The notes beneath the pieces are model-generated. The model saw nothing but the letters and a program-made list of their open reading frames with translations. It was not told where the DNA came from and did not search any database. From positions 1 through 25,400 of the forward strand of contig JAPLDX010000043.1 of NCBI GenBank assembly GCA_026391215.1: a stretch of DNA of 25,400 nucleotides, given 5' to 3'. The first letter of the stretch is position 1, and every line of letters starts with the position of its first letter. Positions 1 through 8,132 of the stretch are shown in pieces. Source of the DNA: Bacteroidia bacterium. Lineage in GTDB: Bacteria > Bacteroidota > Bacteroidia > Bacteroidales > VadinHA17. A program made the position numbers and the translations under genes.

Positions 1-120
1 GGCGGTGTTGAATATCTGTTATTTGTGAAATCTAATTCAACACCCTCCGGGGTTGATACTCCTCTTTCAATTCTACCCCGGATGTAACCGGGGATATTGG
101 ATTTCAAAGCCTCCGGCTTT
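1..120. repeat. REP-like multi-hairpin palindromic element, probably truncated by the window edge
   Basis: GGTGTTGAAT(4-13)/ATTCAACACC(35-44) inverted repeat; CCCCGG-atgtaa-CCGGGG (76-93); AAAGCC-tcc-GGCTTT (106-120); CCTCCGG loop motif occurs twice. GC-rich in an AT-rich intergenic region. Confidence 0.7.
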
Positions 121-201
121 AGAACAATCTAAAATTCTATCTTTTGCAGTATGTTGATAATCAATATAGTATTAAGGTGTGTATAAAGGGTAGTACTTCG
201 T

Positions 202-283
202 AAAGAGGGGAATGTATTAATTTACAGTATTTTAAGCCCCCTCTTTGCTTCAGTTCAGCAGAGGGGGGGATGGAGGGGTGAGT
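202..283. repeat. C-run/G-run palindromic REP-like element
   Basis: AAAGAGGGG(202-210) pairs with CCCCTCTTT(238-246); CCCCCTCTTTGCT(237-249) pairs with AGCAGAGGGGGGG(257-269); tail GGAGGGGTGAGT. Confidence 0.6.
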
Positions 284-439
284 ACGGGTGGATCCGGAGA
301 AAGTAGATATAGATATGTAGTGTGTTCATAAATCCAAAATACTTTTTGAACTATCCTTCACGTTTATTTGTTTTAGTATTAGTTTATTCGGAACTTAGGA
401 AATTGAAAAACTGTCAGAAATTAATTTCCGGCATAAATA

Positions 440-468
440 TTGTTTTTAAAATGAAAAGTTTAATTTTG
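440..468 (+). promoter_or_regulatory. Bacteroidota housekeeping promoter (-33 TTG / -7 TAATTTTG) for the small lipoprotein and OMP genes
   Basis: TAATTTTG at 461-468 matches TAnnTTTG; TTG at 440-442; 23 nt upstream of ATG 492. Confidence 0.65.
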
Positions 469-491
469 TATCTAATTAATATTTTCTCTGT

Positions 492-617
492 ATGAAAAAA
501 TTTGCTGTTATACTATTAATCACTTTTGTTACTGCATTGGTTGTCAGTTCATGCAATAAGGAAGCATGTCCGGCTTACAGCAATGTTGAGACTGAGCAGC
601 CCAGCCAAGTCGGCTGA
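492..617 (+). CDS. Small 41-aa lipoprotein MKKFAVILLITFVTALVVSSCNKEACPAYSNVETEQPSQVG (missing from the ORF track)
   Basis: Manual translation ATG492-TGA617. MKK, hydrophobic core, lipobox VSS-C21, then CxxxxCPAY. Consensus promoter directly upstream. Confidence 0.8.
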   Translation: MKKFAVILLITFVTALVVSSCNKEACPAYSNVETEQPSQVG

Positions 618-663
618 TGTTTTTTTTACCTGATTCCCCTCACAATTTATAAGTTAGCTCACT

Positions 664-1464
664 ATGAAAAAGCTGCTTATAATAGCGGTTGTACTTTTAT
701 TTGGTGCAATTCCCCTTTTTGCACAGGGGGAATTAGATGAACAGCAGAAAGTATTTTTCCGGAATGAAAGATCGTTCGCTCTGCTGCTTAACTCTGACGG
801 TTATGGTATAAACTATCGTGAGGCTAAAAGAATCAACTATCTGAACAAACGCCTCCTTGAGATAGATATGGGCATATTTAAGCATCCCAAGGAATATAAA
901 GTCAGTAATCCTTATGCCCAGAGCGCAAGCTCATTTGTTTTCGGCAAGCTCAACTCAAATATTTATTTAAGGGGAGGTATAGGGCATCAGCATGAAATGT
1001 TCAAAAAAGCTGACCTCGGAGGAATTGCAGTAAGGTATTTTTATTCGGGCGGACCAGTAATTTCATTGTATAAACCGATATATTACAAGGTTTTATATCT
1101 TGTCCCCCCGGATGCATACCAGCTCAGGCCGGAGAAATTTGATCTGACGATCCATCAGCCCCAGGATATTTACAGCAGAGCACCATTTACAAAGGGATTA
1201 GATGAAATTAAAGCTCTTCCGGGGCTCTATGCAAAAGGGGGATTCAATTTTGAATACAGCAAGCAAGATAAGGTAATACACGCTATTGAAATCGGAACAC
1301 AGATAAGCGCTTTTCCTAAAAAGATCCCAATCATGGCAAGTCCGGATAATAAAGCGATATATTTCTCATTATTTGTCAGTTACAGGTTGGGGATCATTGT
1401 TGATCCACTTCATCCTGAAGAGACAACCCTGAAAAATCTTTTCAGAAGGAAAAAGAGCCTCTGA
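664..1464 (+). CDS. Secreted hypothetical protein, probable outer-membrane beta-barrel
   Basis: Sec signal peptide ending LFA|Q (Gln at +1, typical of Bacteroidota). Many alternating aromatic/Gly strands (YLRGGIGHQ, LYAKGGFNFEY, IYFSLFVSYRLG). Confidence 0.75.
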   Translation: MKKLLIIAVVLLFGAIPLFAQGELDEQQKVFFRNERSFALLLNSDGYGINYREAKRINYLNKRLLEIDMGIFKHPKEYKVSNPYAQSASSFVFGKLNSNIYLRGGIGHQHEMFKKADLGGIAVRYFYSGGPVISLYKPIYYKVLYLVPPDAYQLRPEKFDLTIHQPQDIYSRAPFTKGLDEIKALPGLYAKGGFNFEYSKQDKVIHAIEIGTQISAFPKKIPIMASPDNKAIYFSLFVSYRLGIIVDPLHPEETTLKNLFRRKKSL

Positions 1465-1477
1465 TCATTTCAGCCCC

Positions 1478-1507
1478 TTGTTATTTCCCCGGAAATTGTT
1501 ACTTTTG
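1478..1507 (+). promoter_or_regulatory. gap promoter (TTG-19-TACTTTTG)
   Basis: TACTTTTG 1500-1507; TTG 1478-1480. Confidence 0.65.
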
Positions 1508-1523
1508 TGATTCAATTTATTAA

Positions 1524-2549
<1,026 letters not shown>

Positions 2550-2573
2550 CAGCTTGTAATACAATAAAATAAG

Positions 2574-2606
2574 CAAGGGACCTTCAGCAGGTCCCTTGTT
2601 CTTTTT
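2574..2606 (+). terminator. Intrinsic terminator of gap
   Basis: CAAGGGACCT-tcagc-AGGTCCCTTG 10-bp stem followed by TTCTTTTT. Confidence 0.85.
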
Positions 2607-2677
2607 CACCCCTAAATCCCCCAGGGGGGACTTATAATTTACTTTTAATTAGCCTCCCCCCTTGGGGGGCGGGGGGT
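2607..2677. repeat. REP-like doublet between convergent gap and siaC-like gene
   Basis: CACCCCTAAATCCCCCAGGGGGGACTT, an AT spacer, then AGCCTCCCCCCTTGGGGGGCGGGGGGT: two C-run/G-run hairpins in inverted orientation. Confidence 0.7.
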
Positions 2678-2683
2678 AATTTT

Positions 2684-3067
2684 CTATACTATCATTTCAA
2701 TCTCGAGAGGAATGCCTGCCGTATCGCGGTAATGCTCTCCCAGCTCCAGCATGGCTTCATCGTCTTCTTCATAAAGCCATTTCATTTTCACAACATTCCC
2801 GGAACGTCCGTAACCGGTCAGCCTCTTAAGTATCTCATAGAGATATTTGGATGATCCGCTGTTGATGTACTCGAGTTGCACGTTAATGTTCAGATCTTTG
2901 TTCTTTTCAAAATGGATTGTGATCCAATCATCAAGACGCCTGAATATCAGCTCAGGATTTTCAGGGATTGAACGCCCGACAAGCTCCAGAAGGTTTGTAT
3001 CGGGATAATAAACAATCCCCGGACAATTCTTTAACTCTTCCTGAATTACATATTTTTCCATATTCAT
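2684..3067 (-). CDS. SiaC family (DUF1987) regulatory phosphoprotein; start may be 3061
   Basis: 125-127 aa with GRSIPEN, LEYINSGSSK and WLYEEDDEAMLELGE motifs typical of DUF1987/SiaC. Confidence 0.85.
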   Translation of the reverse strand: MNMEKYVIQEELKNCPGIVYYPDTNLLELVGRSIPENPELIFRRLDDWITIHFEKNKDLNINVQLEYINSGSSKYLYEILKRLTGYGRSGNVVKMKWLYEEDDEAMLELGEHYRDTAGIPLEIEMIV

Positions 3068-3073
3068 TAATTT

Positions 3074-4336
3074 TTATTCGTATCTTAAAGCTTCAATTGG
3101 ATCAATATTTGCGGCTTTCAGCGCCGGTGCATAACCTGATACAACTCCGACTATAAAACAAACTACCACCCCCATAATCACCCATAACCACGGAATAATA
3201 AAATCTGATTTCAGCATTGACGATACAATATTGCCGATAAGAATTCCAAGAATTATGCCAAAGACTCCGCCAAGCTGACCAATAAGTATAGATTCGAAAA
3301 GAAACTGGTTTTGTATAGTCCTTGGCTTGGCGCCCACAGCCTTTCTTACCCCTATTTCCCTGGTACGTTCTGATACTGATACCAGCATGATATTCATCAA
3401 TCCGACTGCTGCTCCGAACAATGTTACAAGTCCTATGATCGTAGCAGCCAGGGTAACATACTTGAGATTCTTAATCAGTAATGCAACAATATTATCACTC
3501 TTTGTGACATTGAAATCCGATTCATCCCTGGGATCCAGGTTGCGGACAATCCTGAAAACAGCTTCGGCTTCACCTGTCATAATGTTAAGATTGACAGGAT
3601 TTACCGGCATAACCGTTATACTGAAATTCATGTTGGGAACTGAATAATACTGCCTTGCTGTTGTAATGGGAATGAAACATATATTATCACTGCTTACTGC
3701 ACTTGCACCTTTGCTTTTCAGAACACCTGCGACAACAAACTTCAATCCTGCAACGGATATTTCTTTTCCGACCGGATCCATGTCGGAGATAAAGATATCA
3801 TTGGCAACTTCTGAACCAATAAGAATAATTCTCCTGTTAAGTCGAATATCATCCGTGCTGAAATTTCTTCCTGAAGATACCTCATTTCCCGAAACACCAA
3901 GGTAATTTTCATCCACGCCGTTGAGATAAACGGTCGGATTCGTCTCTTCCGATCCGTATTTAATTGTTGTCCCTCTCGATGCATTAAAAGAAATTGATAC
4001 CAGCGCAGGTTCTTTAAATCTCTCCTTGAATTCTGTTGCCTCTCTGTATGATATCCGAGAGTGGTTCTTGATTCTATATGCGCTTTCGCCGTTCACTAAA
4101 ATATTCATTCCCCGTGAAGTAATTGTGAATGAATTGGCACCCATCATCGTAAATTGGCTGGTAAGGGAGGATTTTATTGAATCGATTGCAGTAAGTATAC
4201 CGACCAGGGCCATAATTCCAATAGCAATAATACATATTGTCAGGACCGCCCTTACTTTGTTGGATCGGATTGCCCTGACAGAAATTCTTAAATTCTCCCG
4301 GAAAATGCCCAGTTTCATGTACTTATGCTTCATCAT
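3074..4336 (-). CDS. ABC transporter permease, MacB/FtsX family (MacB periplasmic core + FtsX); start may be 4318
   Basis: N-terminal TM ([17 protein letters not shown]); signature [25 protein letters not shown]; C-terminal [17 protein letters not shown]. Confidence 0.92.
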   Translation of the reverse strand: MMKHKYMKLGIFRENLRISVRAIRSNKVRAVLTICIIAIGIMALVGILTAIDSIKSSLTSQFTMMGANSFTITSRGMNILVNGESAYRIKNHSRISYREATEFKERFKEPALVSISFNASRGTTIKYGSEETNPTVYLNGVDENYLGVSGNEVSSGRNFSTDDIRLNRRIILIGSEVANDIFISDMDPVGKEISVAGLKFVVAGVLKSKGASAVSSDNICFIPITTARQYYSVPNMNFSITVMPVNPVNLNIMTGEAEAVFRIVRNLDPRDESDFNVTKSDNIVALLIKNLKYVTLAATIIGLVTLFGAAVGLMNIMLVSVSERTREIGVRKAVGAKPRTIQNQFLFESILIGQLGGVFGIILGILIGNIVSSMLKSDFIIPWLWVIMGVVVCFIVGVVSGYAPALKAANIDPIEALRYE

Positions 4337-4469
4337 CAGTCCCCTTCACAATAAAAAATTAAAAATACAACTTTTTTCCATTCATTCGAACAGGGTTGAG
4401 TAATAATTGCTTACCCGGACAGGTTGGAATTGCTCCAAGGTTCAAATATTATCACGATTTATTTAAAAT

Positions 4470-4514
4470 AATTAAGAATTTAGTTGCATAACTAATTTTT
4501 TCGTTGTATATTTG
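4470..4514 (+). promoter_or_regulatory. blaI-like promoter (TTG 4484-4486, TATATTTG 4507-4514) overlapped by candidate operator palindromes
   Basis: Consensus -7 box; AATTA-N6-TAGTT (4470-4485) and AACTA-N6-TCGTT (4490-4505). Confidence 0.6.
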
Positions 4515-4545
4515 TTATTATGTACAGATATTAAATTGTGGAAAC

Positions 4546-4573
4546 GTACAGGCGTTGCATGCAACGCCTCCAC
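4546..4573 (-). repeat. GTRG-type REP (GTGGAGGCGTTGCATGCAACGCCTGTAC on the minus strand) in the blaI 5' UTR
   Basis: Perfect 20-bp palindrome AGGCGTTGCATGCAACGCCT (4550-4569) preceded by GTGG on the minus strand. Confidence 0.75.
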
Positions 4574-4607
4574 AGGAAAGAGAAGAAACAAAATTAAGAT
4601 CGCATAA

Positions 4608-4988
4608 ATGAGAGAATTAACCCGCGCCGAAGAAGAAGTGATGCAGATACTCTGGAGGATCAGGAAAGGCTTCGTCAAAGATGTCCTTGAACACTTTGAC
4701 GATCCGAAGCCTGCATACAACACAGTAAGCACAATTATCCGGATCCTGCAGGACAAAGGCTTTGTGGACCATAAAGCCTATGGACGGACACATGAATATT
4801 ATCCAATTGTATCGAAGGATGATTACTCTAAATCACATCTCAGCAATTTCGTAAATGACTATTTCTCAAACTCTTTCGGGAAAATGGTAAGCTTTTTTGC
4901 AAAGGAAAAGGAGATCTCCGTTAAAGAGATGGAGGAAATTATGAAAATTATGGATGGTGAAGTAAGAAAACAAAAAGCTGAAAGATGA
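4608..4988 (+). CDS. BlaI/MecI/CopY family transcriptional repressor
   Basis: LTRAEEEVMQILW, PAYNTVSTIIRILQDKGFV winged helix; ATGA overlap with the downstream M56 gene. Confidence 0.95.
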   Translation: MRELTRAEEEVMQILWRIRKGFVKDVLEHFDDPKPAYNTVSTIIRILQDKGFVDHKAYGRTHEYYPIVSKDDYSKSHLSNFVNDYFSNSFGKMVSFFAKEKEISVKEMEEIMKIMDGEVRKQKAER

Positions 4989-6262
4989 ATCCTCTGCTTA
5001 TATACCTGATTAAAGCTGCATTCTACCTTGCAGCATTTTACCTGGTTTATTCCCTCCTGCTAAGCAGGGACACCATGTACAGGAGAAACAGGCTGTTCAT
5101 CCTGTTATCGGTATTTGCTGCCCTTGTTCTGCCACTCATAACAATTCAGACCAACAGACCTGTAAACATACAATTCTTCGGTAAAACACTGTCCGAAGTG
5201 CTGGTTACCGGGACAACTGACGGATCCATATCAATTACTGACGGAACTAATGGATCAAATTATGGAATATTAATCTTTATAATCTATCTGGCAGGACTTT
5301 TATTATTCGGAGTCAAGCTGTTAATTGATCTTACTGAGCTTCTCTTCCTTATTTTAAGAAATAAAAACAAAAGAAGCCATATTATCAGGTTCCGGGGTCT
5401 GAATACGGCTGGTTTTTCAGCTCTGGGGCAGGTTTTTATTAATTCAGCATTATCGGATGAAGATGCTGATGAGGTTACAAAGCATGAGCAGAAGCATCTT
5501 GATCATTATCATTTTCTTGATATAGTCATTATTGAAACAGTTAAAGCATTCCAGTGGTTCAATCCATTCATCCACCTGTTTAACAAATCATTGAGGGAAG
5601 TCCACGAATACCAGGCAGATGAGGGCTGCCTTCGCACGGGGATCCCTGTTATAAATTATCAAAGGCTTATAATGAGCCAGGTTTTCAAATCAAAAGCATT
5701 TAACGTGACAAACAGTTTTTCAAATCCTACACTTATAAAAAAACGAATGATCATGATGACAAAAAAACGTTCAAGAATGCTGGCAAACCTTAAACTGCTG
5801 ATGGTTTTACCGGTAATCGCAATTTTGATGATTGCTTTCTCCTCATGTAAGGGAAAAACAGGCAATGCAGAAAGTACAACTAAAGAAATAGCGCCTCCGC
5901 CGCCTCCCCCTCCGCCACCACCTCCACCACCAATTGAAGCAGATACACCATGGGTTAAAGTCGATGTAATGCCGCAATTCCCCGGCGGCGACGCTGGACT
6001 TTTGGATTATATTGCTAAAAACACAATTTATCCTGAAGATTCAAAAACCAAAGGTGTACAAGGCAGAGTAGTTGTCAGATTCGCAGTAGAAACAGATGGA
6101 AGAATCGATCGGATAAGCATTATTAAAGGTGTAGCTCCCGACCTTGATGCTGAAGCATTAAGAGTTGTACAGACACTTCCTGCTTTTGAAAAACCAGCAC
6201 TCGTGAAAGGCAAACCCGTTTCGGTCTGGTACATGGTGCCAATAACATTTAAACTTGAATAG
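4985..6262 (+). CDS. BlaR1-type M56 metallopeptidase fused to a TonB C-terminal domain
   Basis: N-terminal TMs, HEQKH zinc motif, WFNP, HEYQAD, IKKRMIMM; poly-Pro linker; then PQFPGG...YPE...QGRVVVRFAVETDG...VPITFKL TonB_C. Confidence 0.92.
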   Translation: MNPLLIYLIKAAFYLAAFYLVYSLLLSRDTMYRRNRLFILLSVFAALVLPLITIQTNRPVNIQFFGKTLSEVLVTGTTDGSISITDGTNGSNYGILIFIIYLAGLLLFGVKLLIDLTELLFLILRNKNKRSHIIRFRGLNTAGFSALGQVFINSALSDEDADEVTKHEQKHLDHYHFLDIVIIETVKAFQWFNPFIHLFNKSLREVHEYQADEGCLRTGIPVINYQRLIMSQVFKSKAFNVTNSFSNPTLIKKRMIMMTKKRSRMLANLKLLMVLPVIAILMIAFSSCKGKTGNAESTTKEIAPPPPPPPPPPPPPIEADTPWVKVDVMPQFPGGDAGLLDYIAKNTIYPEDSKTKGVQGRVVVRFAVETDGRIDRISIIKGVAPDLDAEALRVVQTLPAFEKPALVKGKPVSVWYMVPITFKLE

Positions 6263-6290
6263 AATCATTTCTGATTTATTAAAACTTCTG

Positions 6291-6327
6291 AGAATTCCTG
6301 ATCCTTGACTGGATCAGGAATTCTTTT
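6291..6327 (+). terminator. Intrinsic terminator of the blaI-M56 operon
   Basis: 14-bp perfect stem AGAATTCCTGATCC-ttgact-GGATCAGGAATTCT plus a short T tract. Confidence 0.75.
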
Positions 6328-6421
6328 AATTGCCGTCGGCTTTAGCCCAATAGATCTATTGGACTAAAGTCCAAAAATTCAGGGAAGCTCCCATATCCGT
6401 CGGCTGAAGCCGACGGTAATT
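6328..6421. repeat. REP/MITE-like element with 20-bp terminal inverted repeats
   Basis: AATTGCCGTCGGCTTTAGCC (6328-6347) vs GGCTGAAGCCGACGGTAATT (6402-6421), 18/20 complementary; internal perfect palindrome CCAATAGATCTATTGG (6347-6362). Confidence 0.8.
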
Positions 6422-6440
6422 TAATTCACTTAAAATCTTA

Positions 6441-6448
6441 TACATTTG
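6441..6448 (+). promoter_or_regulatory. -7 box TACATTTG for the luxC-like gene
   Basis: Matches TAnnTTTG, 18 nt upstream of ATG 6467. Confidence 0.6.
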
Positions 6449-6466
6449 CTCCAGAATTAACTTACA

Positions 6467-7510
6467 ATGAAACTGGAACAAAGGATATCAGCTTTTTCTG
6501 AGCTTGGCGAAACCCTTCGGGATACCATTGCAGGGAAGCAGACCTCATACACATCACGGATAGAGCAGCTTATTGAAAACCAGCATCATAACAATCCATG
6601 GTTCACACCTGATAATGTCAGGATGGCTGTCAGTGCAATAGCAGAAGAGCTCACTTCCGGAAATCTTAACAGATGGTGCAATGCATATCCCGGCCTGGAT
6701 AAGAAGATCAAACCTTTGAATGTAGGTGTGGTGATGCCTGGAAATATCCCGCTTGCCGGATTTCATGATTTCCTTTCAGTTCTCATTTCAGGCAACAGGA
6801 TAATTGCAAAAAAAAGCTCAAAAGATCCTGACCTTATAAATCTGATCTCTGAAATTCTTGTCTCAGCCGATCCTGAATTCAAAAACCTCATTTCAATAAC
6901 TGATGAGAACCTTACCGGATTTGATGTTGTGATTGCCACCGGTAGCGATAACAGCGCAAGGTACTTCGAATATTATTTCGGCAAGTACCCTCATATAATA
7001 AGGAATAACAGGAACAGCATTGCTATTATTGACGGAAAAGAAAATGACAATGAACTCGAAGCTCTTGGCACAGATGTCTTTTCCTATTTTGGACTTGGCT
7101 GCAGAAATGTATCCAGGCTATTTCTCCCTGCCGGATATGATCTGTCTGTATTAACGCGCTGCTGGAATTCATATTCCGGTTTAGTGCGACATAAGAAATA
7201 TGCCAGCAACTATGACTTCAGCAAAGCCGTGTTTATTGTCAACAGGGAAAAATTTACCGACACTGGCTATCTGCTGATGAAAGAGCATAATAGTATATCC
7301 TCACCTGTTGCAGTTCTGCACTATGGATTTTACAAAATACCAGAAGAATTTAAAATTCAGATTTTTCAGCTAAAAGATAAAATTCAGTGTATTATCGGGC
7401 ATGATTATATTCCTTTTGGCAAAGCACAGATGCCTGCCCTGTGGGATTATGCAGACAGTATTGATACAATTGATTTTCTTCTAAAAATAAACAGCACCAG
7501 AATATTGTAA
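6467..7510 (+). CDS. Acyl-CoA reductase, LuxC-like (ALDH superfamily)
   Basis: NPWFT, GNIPLAGFHD, IATGSDNSARYF and YFGLGCRNVS (putative catalytic Cys), typical of Bacteroidota LuxC-like proteins. Confidence 0.85.
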   Translation: MKLEQRISAFSELGETLRDTIAGKQTSYTSRIEQLIENQHHNNPWFTPDNVRMAVSAIAEELTSGNLNRWCNAYPGLDKKIKPLNVGVVMPGNIPLAGFHDFLSVLISGNRIIAKKSSKDPDLINLISEILVSADPEFKNLISITDENLTGFDVVIATGSDNSARYFEYYFGKYPHIIRNNRNSIAIIDGKENDNELEALGTDVFSYFGLGCRNVSRLFLPAGYDLSVLTRCWNSYSGLVRHKKYASNYDFSKAVFIVNREKFTDTGYLLMKEHNSISSPVAVLHYGFYKIPEEFKIQIFQLKDKIQCIIGHDYIPFGKAQMPALWDYADSIDTIDFLLKINSTRIL

Positions 7511-7552
7511 AGTAAAAAATATTATATTGCACCCCTTGAATCTGAATATGTC

Positions 7553-8110
7553 ATGGTTTACAGATTTGTTGTATTAACAGATGAGGATGAGTCGTTTGTG
7601 AGGGAATTTGAATTTCTTGATTCCCACACTTTGCTGGATTTCCATAACATGTTACAGGACGAACTGGAGTTTGACAAATCACAAATGGCATCATTTTATC
7701 TGGCCACAGATAACTGGGAGAAGGAAGAAGAGTTTACCCTGTTCGATATGGGAACAGGTTCTTCTACTATGGAAGTGGCTTTACTGGAGGATATCATATT
7801 CCGCAAAAATCAGAAGCTGCTGTACGTTTTTGACTTTTTTAACGACAGGGCTCTTTTTGTTGAATATACAGGCGAATTAAAAGAGATCGACGGCCGTGAA
7901 TATCCTTCCTGCACAAATTCGAAGGGTATCCCGCCAAAACAGGTTGTATTCGGAAGCAGCAACAGAAAACTATATAACAATATAGTCGTTTCTGATGACG
8001 ACGAGGATGAAGATGAACCTGAAGTTGATGATCTCTTTCTTAACGGTGAGGATGAAGAAACACTTCCTGACTTCGAGAATGAAGAAACCATAAGCGAGGA
8101 CGAAGAATAA
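7553..8110 (+). CDS. Conserved hypothetical protein (pRiA4b ORF-3 / IS1096 passenger TnpR-like) with a very acidic tail
   Basis: MVYRF...TLLDFH...MASFY...LLYVFDF pattern; D/E-rich C-terminal ~40 aa. Confidence 0.7.
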   Translation: MVYRFVVLTDEDESFVREFEFLDSHTLLDFHNMLQDELEFDKSQMASFYLATDNWEKEEEFTLFDMGTGSSTMEVALLEDIIFRKNQKLLYVFDFFNDRALFVEYTGELKEIDGREYPSCTNSKGIPPKQVVFGSSNRKLYNNIVVSDDDEDEDEPEVDDLFLNGEDEETLPDFENEETISEDEE

Positions 8111-8132
8111 CCTCTTCGCGGAAATAATCCTG

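Noticed and set aside
4382-4438. TTG-initiated 18-codon ORF and small hairpins upstream of the ABC permease (minus strand)
   Set aside because: Imperfect promoter, weak start codon, and no recognisable riboswitch or leader-peptide signature.
4472-4756. 94-aa minus-strand ORF across the blaI start and promoter
   Set aside because: Antisense to blaI; its VEALHATP segment is just a translation of the REP palindrome.
7553-8110. Treating the IS1096-passenger-like gene as a mobile element
   Set aside because: No transposase, terminal repeats or target duplication; embedded among core genes.
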